Source: Mayamaea pseudoterrestris (taxonomy: Eukaryota). Taken from it: a stretch of DNA of 64,000 nucleotides. The stretch is from the NCBI GenBank assembly GCA_027923505.1, contig BROI01000034.1, positions 62,001 to 126,000 of the forward strand. The letters are read 5' to 3'. Below the pieces are notes generated by a model that made no database searches, was not told the DNA's origin, and saw only the letters and a program-made list of their open reading frames with translations. The stretch's first letter is position 1, and each line of letters begins with the position of its first letter. This document shows, one piece after another, positions 46,499 through 57,485 of this stretch. A program made the translations under genes and the position numbers.

Positions 46499-47053
46499 AC
46501 AGTTCGACTCACAGTAGTTAATCGAGTCAATTAGCGCTGCGCTTGGGCACGACCAGAACCTCACCCACGGACACTTGATCATGCAGCATTTACACCGTAC
46601 TCCTACTATTGATGATCACTAATAAGGGGCCAAATTAAATTCAATCAAGCTTGTTTGCAATACCAAAGAAAGGAAAACGAAACGGGAAAGTTTAACGCGG
46701 TCTTTGCGGCGATCAAAGATACACCTCCTCGGTCCTCGGTGCGGTTCTGTGTGTCGTTTGCGGACGGTTGCCGATTACGTTTGTTTCTTCGATTGGCTGC
46801 TATCTGCTATACTCGCACCTTGCCTTGCAAATTTTTGCAAGTCCGAGTCAGTTGCCGCTTCAGCACTGCAGCTTGCGCAAGAACTTGCAAGCAAGCTGAG
46901 TAAACGCAGTAAACGCTGCAGTCTCCATTTTCGATCAAGTCTACACGTACGCATTGTCGCCGAATTGAAGTCGAAATATCGACGTAGTGACGACGTTCTC
47001 TTTTGATAAAGCTACGCTACTGCACAACGTTCAAGAGAAAAGAACACGTTTTC

Positions 47054-47425
47054 ATGGATCTCGACCACGGCTCGCTTGTCGTGCTGCTGCGGCTTGGCTG
47101 GTTTATAACGACTGTTGCAATACTTTTCAAAGTTGCAATCATATTGAGCCGGTGGTGGGCTTTCTATCTTGACGACGATGAGTTGACGCAAGCAATTCAA
47201 GGTTTTAAAACACTCATGCTCCGTGGTCGCAAAGAGGCAGAGTTGCTTTTAAGTGGCGACTACGGGCGACGCGTCGCAATGGGCTATGTGTTTCAAGACC
47301 TCTCTCGCTTTTCCGAAGGGCAATCCTATCTTAACGTTTACTTTCGGCGTCGAGCCAAAGCTGCGTCGGAACGAGCCATGGCGGAGTGGGAGGATCGACG
47401 CCCGACAAAGCGGGCGGCATCATGA
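47054..47425 (+). CDS. Small hypothetical protein with an N-terminal hydrophobic helix
   Basis: 123-aa ORF with a TM-like segment and a charged C-terminus; no family recognised. Confidence 0.45.
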   Translation: MDLDHGSLVVLLRLGWFITTVAILFKVAIILSRWWAFYLDDDELTQAIQGFKTLMLRGRKEAELLLSGDYGRRVAMGYVFQDLSRFSEGQSYLNVYFRRRAKAASERAMAEWEDRRPTKRAAS

Positions 47426-47713
47426 TTTGCATCCACCGAAATCGCTGCATATATATAGACTGCCTTTTGTTATAGACTGCCTTTTGTTGCATGTACTAAT
47501 AGCGTAGCTTATCGTACAAGGACCTAGAGTACAGTACCATACCGGTCACTCGTTCTGCACAGACTATAACAAGTGGAAGTCTTACCGTTACTTACACGAC
47601 ATGAAACTTCAGCCGCACGATTCATCACAAGTAAGCGCACCAATTGCAGCCATTTTTCGGCTCACCTCTGACCTCCATATCCCCATCAAAGGAGATCAAA
47701 ATTGTGTTGACGA

Positions 47714-48190
47714 ATGTTCTCAGCTTTCATATCTAGAATTTCTGGCGCCCGGTCGATTAGACTGCCAACAACAACCTTACGTCCTGCGGCAGCGTGCTCG
47801 CTCACGTTGTTGCCGACATCAGTAGAGGTCCCAAGCGCTTTAAGTTGTCAGGTGCGGTACCGTAGTAACCGCTCACGAAGAGGTTTGTATGACGGCAAAG
47901 ATATTAGAACGGGCAACAATGTGTCTTTCAGTATGAAGTCGACGAGGCGTACCTTCAAGCCCAACTCCTTCAAGAAACGCGTCTACTCGGAAATTCTCGA
48001 TGCAATGATCCCATTCCACCTCACGGCATCAACACTTCGCTCAATTGACAAAGCCGGAGGACTGGATAATTACTTGTTGAACAACAAAACAATTACTGAA
48101 GGAGAAGGGTTAGTGATTCGGCAGAAGATCAATAAAAGATTGAAGAACCAGGAAAAGCTTGCGAAGAAAGCTGCTTCCATTGCGGCATAA
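47714..48190 (+). CDS. Mitochondrial ribosomal protein bL28m
   Basis: RSNRSRRGLYDGKDIRTGNNVSFS..TRRTFKPN..LRSIDKAGGLDNYLL after a presequence. Confidence 0.9.
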   Translation: MFSAFISRISGARSIRLPTTTLRPAAACSLTLLPTSVEVPSALSCQVRYRSNRSRRGLYDGKDIRTGNNVSFSMKSTRRTFKPNSFKKRVYSEILDAMIPFHLTASTLRSIDKAGGLDNYLLNNKTITEGEGLVIRQKINKRLKNQEKLAKKAASIAA

Positions 48191-48291
48191 GTCAGAACCG
48201 ATAGCTACAGATTTAAATAGTGAAGTGATAAATTTACATACCGGTATTAGTTGTAAACCGCCATCTATGTGCGAAATCATTGTTCCAGTCA

Positions 48292-51200
48292 TTACAAGTA
48301 CAAAGAACTACAGAATACAATGTCTCGCTTCAGCAACTCCTCGCCCTTTTCGAACTTGGCTTCCAACTCGTGGTTACCGAGCGCCTTTGCGGCCGCTGTC
48401 ATTTGCCGGACAAGCTCTGCCAAGCGGCGTAACGTTCGGATAGTCGTGCCTTCGTACGAGTGAGTGAGCTTTTGAATGTCGATAAATTTGGCACCCTTGC
48501 ACCACGCGTAGACAACCTCCATCCTGGAAAAATAACCGAAAAGTGCATGAGATAGAGGCAAACAATAAAGTATAACAAGCAGTGATAGGGATTGAAAGGC
48601 TCAGAGAGTATGGTCGCTTATTGTTCCTCATTTACTAGGGTCTCCCTGCTTCGAAAGACAAACTCCAAGCGCAGAACGCTCGCGGCTCAAATCAAACGAA
48701 AGGTAGACAAAAATCTTATAATCACAGCCTTTTCGCGTGTTATTACGAAACAGGAACCAATGCAAACAGTTTAACTTACATGCCGGGATTGAAGTGATTC
48801 ACAAATTCGTCCTCGTCAACTTGTATGCCACAGGCAAGCTCGACGCGCACAACCGTTCGCGCAATCTCTTGTAGTTTTCGAAATGGAGTGACAAGGAAAT
48901 TTCGCATGCCACTACAAGGGTCGTCTTCGTCCTTGTTTCGCTCATCGTACGTCATGGCTGAAAGCAGTGCAACGCACTGTTCAACCGATGATTCGTTAAA
49001 GACACCAGCAAAAATCATTTCGACGACAACTAGTTCATCGGCTGTGCTAATCTCGCACGCAGTGCGTCCTTTCGTTTCAATAACTCCCTCGCTGTTCACG
49101 TGACCAAGCTTTCTCAGAACACGTTTCATGTTTTTGAGCTGGCCTCTCATGGCCATCGTCTGACAAGAAGTAGCCTCTGCACGAAGAACCTTAGCCTTCT
49201 CAAGAGCAAGTGTCTTCCTTTCGTAACTGGCAAGAAGGGCAGACCGACCTTCCCTGCTAAAATCAGTGGCGAGCTTGTGCAATTCCAGGCGCTCTGTCAA
49301 CATATTGGCACGCTTCAATAAAGTCATAAAGTCCTCGCTTTGGATATGTAGATCAGTAACAGGATCTAAAAGAGGAACAGCCGATGGATCCTCCTTCATC
49401 CGACGCACTATCTCCGACACGATATGTTGTACTTTCCGCCGAACCGCCACAGTAGTATATGCAGGAGGGAGATGGCATTTGCCAGCTGAGATTCTGTCAA
49501 TGCAATCCAATCCAAGCGAAAATATTCGCATAGAAGCATTCGACTTATCTGCTTCTTCCTGTCGAAGCGGTCGACAATCAACACTTGACCCTTTCCAGGA
49601 GCGAACGGAAGATTCTTCTTCATCCTCTGCCTTTCCTGTCTCGGCAAAGCCATCTTTGACACAATTGAGGAGTACGTCCATGGTGTACTGAGGTCCACCA
49701 GCAAGCTCTGCAAGCCGCCCATGTTCGCCACCTGAGCCCGTGCCAGGCTTTTTCTTGCACGACACAAGAAGCCCCCATCCGAACGACCTGCCATCAATGC
49801 TCACATCAATCAAACGACCAGGGACAAGAAATCTGAGACAGTGTTCTGGTTTCTGAATCACGTTGGATATCCGGCGCCGAGTTGCAATAAGTTGCTGATC
49901 CATTCCATAATACTGGCCAACCAAATCATGTACTTCGGGCGAGGGAAACTCATCTTTGACCGTCTCTGCCTCCTTTTGAAAATCGTCTGCCTGTGCGATA
50001 AGTGCAGGCGCTTCCTCCTCTCGTTGAAACTGGTGGAATGACGCACGGAGTAGGTACTCTGGATCCACATCCTCGACACGCATCAAATTTAGCAACATGT
50101 TATATGAAATTCGGTAGCTACTGTTCAATGGGTCCGGATTTCCGTACAGAATATCCTTACAGACTGCAGGGTCCATCTTCTCATCGAGCATTTGTATCAC
50201 GATACCGCGGTCATCCTTGCCACGACGACCAGCTCGCCCACTCATTTGAATGTACTGGCGGAAAGAAGAAAATGATGAATTAGTATCGTTGTCATTCCTA
50301 ATCAGCTCATGAAAAAAGAATAGCAATGCGCGATACGCACGGTTTTCCCCCCGGGATGCGCATACAGCAAAAGCTTACCTCTCCTGATGTGACCCAGCGA
50401 AAGTCTTTCCCATCCCATTTTCGAGTGTTGGTAAAGACGACAGTACGGGCCGGCATGTTCAGTCCAATGGAAAACGTTTCTGTCGCAAAAAGAGTTTTAA
50501 TCAGGCCTTCCGCGAACAGAATCTCGACAATCTCCTTCAAGATTGGCAGCAACCCGCCATGATGTATACCGATACCCCTCTTCAATAGTGGCAGCAGTGC
50601 TTCGACTTGCGGTAGCTTCCGGTCATCTTCACCGAGTGCTTCTATAGCATTATAGTACACTTGAGAAACAAGATCTTTCTCAACGTCATCCGTGTAATCC
50701 TCTTTGTGTAAAGCCAAAGCAAATCTCTCACAATCTTTCTTCGAGAAAGAAAAGACAATAACCGGGTTCAAATTCCGATCCATGATAAGCTTCACGATGC
50801 GATGCAAGTCGGCAAATTGCCCTCCCTTTTTCTTAGCGTTAGACCCCTTTGTATTCCCTTTCTTTCCATTTCCCGAGCTGAGCACTGATTCCCCAATAGC
50901 AATGTCAACATTTCCGGACTGCAAGGTTGCCATTGCCTTTTGAAAGTTTTTCTCTCGAAATGAACCCTTCTCGTCAACAACAAGATGCAGTCCCTCACCG
51001 CCCTGAGGAAAGATGTAATGCTGCAAAGGAACCGGTCGATAATTCGTGTAGACGACATGACAAGGCTGGTGATGAATTTTGACAATCCAATCAACAAATT
51101 GCTTCGAGTTTGGAATAGTGGCGCTCAGAAAGACGAACCGAACCTGGTGAGGCAATAAAATAATCGATTCCTCCCAAACGACACCTCGCTGAAAAAAACG

Positions 51201-52050
51201 TTCATGGAGCAGGCGTGAGTATGTGGGAACAAAGTCAGCGCGCACGCAAACCTTTGAACCCTTCATTTCGTACCTCTAAATCGCGCATGTAGTGAACTTC
51301 GTCATAAATCACCCATGCGACTTCTCGCATAATCTCACTTCCTCGATAAAGCATTGACCGCAGAATCTCCGTCGTCATGACAAGAGCCGTCGCATTTGGA
51401 TTGATCGTATTATCTCCCGTCATCAGGCCAACATTGTCGGCACCAAATTCCTCCTGCAAATCGCGAAACTTTTGGTTACTCAGCGCCTTGATGGGAGACG
51501 TGTAGACGACACGTTGACCTTCCTTGAGCGACTTGGCCACAGCGTACTCGGCCACAGCAGTCTTTCCTGCTGAGGTATGCGCTGCGACCAGCACCGATTC
51601 ATTTCGGTCAACATAGCCGACTGCTTGCTTTTGAAAAGGATCCAATTCAAATGCATAAGTTTTGGCTGGCTCGGTTGTTGCTGGAGCTTCTTGAGCGACG
51701 TAGTTCGGCGGGTATGCAGAGTAGCTCCGGACTGACTTGTCCAAAGTTCCAGTCGCGATCTCCCGTTCGGCTTCAGTGGCTTTTGCCTTGTCTTCTACCT
51801 TGAATGCTTCTTTACCTATATCTGTTGCTCCGGTTTTCTGTCGTTTATCTTCAACGCCATCTGCTCTTTCGTCAGAATTGGATGCGTCTTTGTCTGGCTC
51901 GACGTTGTCCAGTTTCGCAGGTTCTATGGCGCGTTGCGCAATACGAGCGCGTTTCTTCTCAGGTCCACCTTCTGGTACAGGCAGTTCATTGGGAGTTTCA
52001 TCAATAATATCGCCATCAAGCGCCCCGAATAGAGCGTCAAGGTCCGCCAT
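48292..52050 (-). CDS. MTR4: MTR4 (Ski2-like) exosome RNA helicase, 4 exons (introns 51189-51273, 50255-50378, 48524-48779)
   Basis: [62 protein letters not shown], arch/KOW insert and C-terminal [12 protein letters not shown]. Confidence 0.96.
48595..48732 (-). ncRNA. Intronic box C/D snoRNA with an 18S rRNA antisense element
   Basis: Minus strand: terminal stem AAAGGC..GCCTTT, box C GTGATTA, C' ATGAGGA, box D CTGA, and guide GCGACCATACTC complementary to the conserved SSU sequence GAGTATGGTCGC. It lies in the longest MTR4 intron. Confidence 0.8.
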
Positions 52051-52464
52051 GGTCGAATCGAATTTCTGTGAGAGATTTTAATGGTTGTCGCGGCGAAAAA
52101 ATGATGTCACGGTACGACTAAAATTGAGTCGTATTGGTTCTCATAGCTATGTCGATGGTGTTATTCCGCCCAGCTCCTGCCTCATGTCTAAAGAGCTGAA
52201 ATGCGGAGGCGCTAGCAAACAGATAGATTCGTGAACCATTAATTATACTTGCTTTAAAAGAACTCCTGTAATATAGCTGTTTGTAAGGATTCTGTCTTCA
52301 GCACACTGGTGGAAAATTACTTGTTTATTTTATGAGTTGGTCGCCTTGGTGCGGTCTCACGATTCGATATTGTAATGAGTGCTTCGCGTATCGTGACTTG
52401 TTATGAATTATAGCCTGCCAATTTATGGCTTTTTCTGCTTGGGAAATGGAAGTGAATTCTCGAA

Positions 52465-53898
52465 TTAGCTTCTCCAGTCTAGATCATGAGAGTCGTTGAA
52501 AATGTCCAACATCTCAAATTCAAGAGATTGATCTGGATCTGGTTTAGGATTGCCGTCAGTCATGAAACTGCTGGTCCTGTTTGTAGCGGATGTTATTAGT
52601 TGAAGATGCTTTTCACTCGCTGGCTTTTGAAAATTGTCCCGTGGCTCGGCTGTCGACTGGCGCATCTCGAGCAGTGCATCCACCGAATGACGCCGCTGCA
52701 AACCTGTATCATACGATTTCCCTAAATTGACAGTCTGGTGCAATTGAAAAAGTGGAGGAGGCAGGGCAGCGGTAAAGGAATGGAGCCTTTGAGCTGCCAC
52801 CGGTGGCGCAACCTGCAACTTCGTGGTAGATTGAACATTGCGTTCAAAGCGCCCATCTAAAAAATACGACCGAGAAAGTCCAAGAGGTTGTGGATCCGAC
52901 AGTGGGGTCTGATCGTTGGAAGTAAGCGGCAAAGAAGCGGATCGGTGTAGACGGATAGGCTTTTCTGATATCGCATGCTTCTCGTTGGGATAAGAAATTG
53001 GCTCGTATTTTTGACTTTCGAAACTGTCAGTGACTCGCCCGACTGTAAGCGGAGAATATTCAGAAACCATGTCAAAGTCATATGTTGAGCTGTCCAGAGT
53101 GGTTGATGTTTGTTCCCAAGGGCATGGCTCCGCATACGACCCATAACTGGCAACTTCTTGATCCAAATCACCGGGACGCCCAAAATGACGTTGGCTTAAA
53201 AAGTTGATCCGGCAAGTCAGCTGACTGTAAGGAAAGGTTTAATTTTTGATATGTGGTTCGCCTCATCTCGGGCGAGTCATTCCTTGTAGTGTTGGTGAAA
53301 TTAGGTGTATTGGTACGTTCCAATGTCGGCGGCAAATCCTTGCCGATCATGTTAAATGGTGTGCTGGATGAATCCGTTTGGGGTAGCAATTGGTCGTCCT
53401 GCTTCTTGTTTTTTGCTCGCCACTCTGCGACAGCGGAATCATACCTCTGCTTGTCAACAGCAGCTAGCGTATCAAACTCGACACGGTCGTTGGCACCTAA
53501 ATTTCGCCACTTGGCTGCAACGGTTTTGGCTAAAGAAGAGAAGGATAACTTGTTGTCGTTACTCGAAAACCACGTCACGGACTTGTCATTGTCTTGAGTG
53601 GCAATCTTGACGACGTCGCCGCATGAATTGTAGCTTGATTCATTGACAGAATTCTCTACTTTAGACGCTAATAGTCGACGTCTTTCCGATTGGAAGAACA
53701 AGTTGTATGCGGAAAGTGGCCGCTTCGGCATGTCTTTTGGTTTCTTCCAAGGTACCGCTGGTGACTTTCGCTTTTTCTTGGGCGTTTCGATTTCGGCAGT
53801 TGAATTGTCACATTCTGCCTCCCCCTTCACAACTCACAACTCACAACCCCAACCCGTGGCTCCTCCGTTATTATTTGTCTGCTCACACCTTCGTCCAT
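52465..53898 (-). CDS. HMG-box transcription factor, apparently frame-disrupted (unresolved introns, pseudogene or sequence error)
   Basis: KKPKDMPKRPLSAYNLFFQSERRRL..SFSSLAKTVAAKWRNL..DKQRY is an HMG box. The upstream ATG at 53898 is out of frame, and the C-terminal part (52465-53166) is in another frame. Confidence 0.65.
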
Positions 53899-54236
53899 CC
53901 TTCCAAGAAGACCCCAAGCCCTGGGCTTCTCACCAGCCCTTTACTTGCCACGAAAGGCTGTAATGTACAATCGACACTTGTCCGATACGGAGTAAGCGTT
54001 TTATCCAAATATTTCGAAATTTCGGCCATCTCGTTGATCACACAGTGAAAAGCGCCGCTTGTTACTCCAGATTTACAGTCAGCTGTTCTATGTGCTCACA
54101 ATTGACATTTCCCACAAATTTTTCGAACATTCTGGATGGTGAGCGAGTCAGCAGATGTTCATGGACCATGCAATCAATCACCTGCATGGAGGCACTAAGT
54201 TTTTCCCAACTACTTACAATACAGTCGTTCTCCATA

Positions 54237-54569
54237 ATGCCGCGGCCCAGACTGTCTGGAGTGCAACAAGAAGTTCTGGCATTATATCGGGCCACTCTGC
54301 GACAAGCATTGCGGAAAGACCGTGATGTGCTGAACTATAGCCACAGTCAAGCTTCTGCTCCATTCTTTGCCGCACTCCTTTCAAACCAGACAACCATTAA
54401 TGAACATGGATCCTCATCGACATTTTACGCCGCTCAAGAATTTAGACGGCAAGCCAGCTCTGTGAAGCGGTCAGACTTCAAACGAGTAGAATACATGATT
54501 CGCAAAGGACAGAAACAGATCAAGTTGATGCAAATGCCTGGCGTGCAGTCCGTTCATGGAGTGGCATAG
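54237..54569 (+). CDS. SDHAF1: LYR-motif protein, SDHAF1-like (succinate dehydrogenase assembly factor 1)
   Basis: RLSGVQQEVLALYR..EFRR..KRSDFKRVEYMIRKGQKQI. Confidence 0.8.
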   Translation: MPRPRLSGVQQEVLALYRATLRQALRKDRDVLNYSHSQASAPFFAALLSNQTTINEHGSSSTFYAAQEFRRQASSVKRSDFKRVEYMIRKGQKQIKLMQMPGVQSVHGVA

Positions 54570-54795
54570 AAAGGCTTCATACATAAGGCATGCATCGCGC
54601 ACGATCAGCCGATATTTTTTGTTTTGTTCGTGATAATTGATATATCTGCATGCACCAAGGCAAACCTGCAATTTCCGACCCAACCACAAACTCCTCGTTT
54701 TTGTAAGAATCATAGATTTAGAGCTGATTACTTCTTGCTTCCGACTAAATATATGTCGATGTACAAAGTGAAATAATGTATTTAACTATCAGAAT

Positions 54796-55770
54796 TTAGG
54801 GCTTCTTCGTGAGAAAATCCGAGTGGACCAAATACTCGAGCAACTGTATCGTCAAACACCTTTCGCGTCTCACATCATTGGCAAGTAATTTGCCAAGCAA
54901 CGTGTCCTTTGTCCTGTCCTTTGGTACCATGGGTGCTTTGCGATTAGTCTGACTGCTGGTAGCCCCAATTTCGTGAGAAAATGCGCAATGGTCGCCGTTT
55001 CGACATGTTTGATTCCTGGCAAAAAAGCGACAAACGCCACGTTTCGGTTTCAAATCATCCTTAAAAATCTCTGCTTCATCTGGGGGTAAAGCAGGATCAC
55101 GATTGGCGCGACATACTATCGTCTGTGCTGCTTCATCATTGTCCGATGCATCCGACGAAGAATACCCAGCCAGCAAGGAAGCCACACCACTTGTCTCAAC
55201 TGCCGCCATCTTTGGCGGCGGCGCAACGATATTCTCAACAGCTTCCGCAGCTTTCTGCCGCCTTGGAAACCGTCGCTTGCGCTCCTCAATCCATTCCTTG
55301 ACATCATCGGGGTGATTACCCACGCAAATGCGGAACCGCTGTGTTGGACAACCAGGAACAGCGACAGTGATGGACTTGAAACCGCCTCCGGCAAACCTGC
55401 CATGTGACGACTCGTAGTGAGCCTTTACGAGCTTAGGGGCCGCTGTATAGCCGCATTGCGAGCATGTCGTGTGGCTGGCGAGGTGTGCCTGCAGGGCCGC
55501 GTTGGAATCCAAGGAAATGTCGCACGATTCGCACCGAAACTGCTCGTCTCGTGGCCGTTTTCTCGACTGATCGGAAGCATTTGGAACTGTTGGTTGTTCA
55601 ACGTGTCTTACTCCGTGAAATAAAGGTCCGATATGTTGTGAATGACTGTAATTGTATGGAATGGCTGCCATTTCCGTGCTCCCGGCGATAGGAGCAGGTG
55701 GCGGAGGAGGAGGAGGAGGAGCTGCAAAGAACCCAGACGGTAAGGTAGATTGCTGATCCGGTAATACCAT
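54796..55770 (-). CDS. NUFIP1: NUFIP1/Rsa1-like snoRNP assembly factor with C2H2 and CCCH zinc fingers
   Basis: Two C2H2 fingers, PDDVKEWIEERKRRFP (NUFIP1 motif), a CCCH finger and C-terminal LLGKLLANDVRRE..IQLLEYLV. Confidence 0.8.
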   Translation of the reverse strand: MVLPDQQSTLPSGFFAAPPPPPPPPAPIAGSTEMAAIPYNYSHSQHIGPLFHGVRHVEQPTVPNASDQSRKRPRDEQFRCESCDISLDSNAALQAHLASHTTCSQCGYTAAPKLVKAHYESSHGRFAGGGFKSITVAVPGCPTQRFRICVGNHPDDVKEWIEERKRRFPRRQKAAEAVENIVAPPPKMAAVETSGVASLLAGYSSSDASDNDEAAQTIVCRANRDPALPPDEAEIFKDDLKPKRGVCRFFARNQTCRNGDHCAFSHEIGATSSQTNRKAPMVPKDRTKDTLLGKLLANDVRRERCLTIQLLEYLVHSDFLTKKP

Positions 55771-56019
55771 CTCGAACTAAACTTTCAGTGCTCCTGTTTG
55801 TGACTTGAATGAGGATCAACGTCCGTTGCAGCAGAATGAATGGATGCGCGGCGCTGTGAGCGCGTTGGAACAATCAACCTGCCGCCATGGTCGACCCGAG
55901 CACGTGTCATATCGGTACTGAACACGTTTCGTGGTCATTTCGGATTTCGGAACGTCGAGAAAGCCGCCGATCAGCTGATGCATCAAAGCAAATCGAGCCG
56001 AGCAATCACAGCATCAGCC

Positions 56020-56477
56020 ATGGCATCCATACAGCGTGCAACTGCTACATCGGATGTTCATGTACAGGGGCACGAGGTAAGATATCATGAGGAGACTGAG
56101 GAAGACTTGATAGAAGTTTTGAGTTGTCGACGTCGAAAGCGTTCGTTCCAACATTACGTTTCAATTGTCACGCTGTCCTCATATTGTTGCTTTTACTCTT
56201 TTACTCTTAGCAACGCATAGAAGAAGAAGTCAAGCAGTTGCTTCTTGATATTCGTCGCATTGGAGCAGATGGTCCAAGCTGCACTTTTGGACAGCTTTTT
56301 GATGATGAGCAGGCGGAGCAATATTACGAGGCGATCGTTGGTACTCTGAAATGTGCCAAGAAGCGCGGACTCATTGATTTTAAAGGACAAATGCTTTTGA
56401 AAGGTGTACACGATAAGGTTGATATCTCAATCACTGATTTGGGCCAGAAGGAAAAGGCAGTGTCGTCCGCGGAATAG
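56020..56477 (+). CDS. Costars-domain protein (ABRACL-like); intron 56077-56210
   Basis: Spliced GHE|QRIEEEVKQLLLDIRRIG..TFGQLFDDE..YEAIVGTLKCAKKRGLIDFKGQMLLKGVHD. Confidence 0.88.
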
Positions 56478-56723
56478 AAGCGCATGCGGAAGTCCACTGG
56501 TGAGCGAATAGGTCCCTTGACAGCGCAATACGACTGGTTCAATTCTTATTAATTTGGAATACAACAGACAGTATCTTACATTATATCATCACCCTGGCAT
56601 TAAAGTTACTACATACTGTTAATGCACACTGGATGCGCAGTGCATGCGATGCGCCTGATGTAAGACTTCGCCGCCAACGTTTCCAGCTGGATACGGCCAT
56701 CATTACTTATACTGATACTGTCA

Positions 56724-57386
56724 CTACGACGCATCCATGCGTTTTGGATGTTCGCCTTCAATAGAAATAATCCCAGCCGACTCATGCACCTTGAGAACCT
56801 TGAAGCGGATTCGATCGTCAACCGACAATGCCAAAGATTCATCATCATCAGTCTTCCATTGTTCGTCCTCGAGATCAAACGTAAATCCCTGCTCTCGCAA
56901 TGCGTCCGCTGAAACGCTAGCGTTGAAGTAATTGTAAACAACCAATGACAAGTGCGAGTGGAACGATTCGCGGACCACTCCAGTCAATCTTTGGCCTTGC
57001 TTTGGCGCAAAGACCACAGCGTCGCATGCCACCGAGTAGTGAATATGAGGAAGCTCATTGAGAATGTTTCCGCTGCCATTCTTGAGAATCTTGACACTGT
57101 TGAACGCTAAGGGAACTCCCTTCATGCCACTCGAATATTTCAGTAAAAAGTGTTGCAACGATTCTTGGACGGTCTTGCTGACATCTTCTAGACCAGATGG
57201 AAGTATGGAAACCGTCAGCTCAAACTGTATTTTTCGAAAAGCGGAGTGCTTGGATGAAGCTTTCGTAGCTTTTGCGTCGATCGCATCCTTGGCTGTAGTA
57301 GCGTCGTCGTCAGCGTGAGCCTTCTTTGAATGTTTAGTTCGGCGATCATCGGTTCCTTCGTGGCTACTGTGTCGTCGCTTTCCCAT
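56724..57386 (-). CDS. RPA43: RNA polymerase I subunit RPA43
   Basis: LLKYS..GVPLAF..ELPHIH..VVFAPKQGQRLTGVV..SHLSLVVYNYFNASV. Confidence 0.85.
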   Translation of the reverse strand: MGKRRHSSHEGTDDRRTKHSKKAHADDDATTAKDAIDAKATKASSKHSAFRKIQFELTVSILPSGLEDVSKTVQESLQHFLLKYSSGMKGVPLAFNSVKILKNGSGNILNELPHIHYSVACDAVVFAPKQGQRLTGVVRESFHSHLSLVVYNYFNASVSADALREQGFTFDLEDEQWKTDDDESLALSVDDRIRFKVLKVHESAGIISIEGEHPKRMDAS

Positions 57387-57485
57387 GATGTACGTTATGT
57401 CTTTTCAAGCTTTATAATAACTCCAGGGGATGTTACTTGGCCGGTCAGTCTGTTTGTATTTGCTAGGCAAGAAAGTCTCGCAGTC

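Noticed and set aside
47454..47487. 17-bp tandem duplication (and a 14-bp direct repeat at 37050/37071)
   Set aside because: Ordinary local slippage with no further structure.
48606..48617. U3 snoRNA identity (GACCATACT resembles the U3 5' GAC/A' box)
   Set aside because: The element sits at the 3' end next to box D in an intronic ~135-nt RNA, and there is no box A or U3-length body.
48696..48712. Second (D') guide against LSU AAGGTAGCCAAA
   Set aside because: It has an internal mismatch and poor pairing next to a non-canonical D' box, so it is too weak to call.
56077..56210. snoRNA in the Costars intron (ATGAGGA..CTGA)
   Set aside because: The boxes are only 2 nt apart, with no terminal box D or rRNA antisense element.
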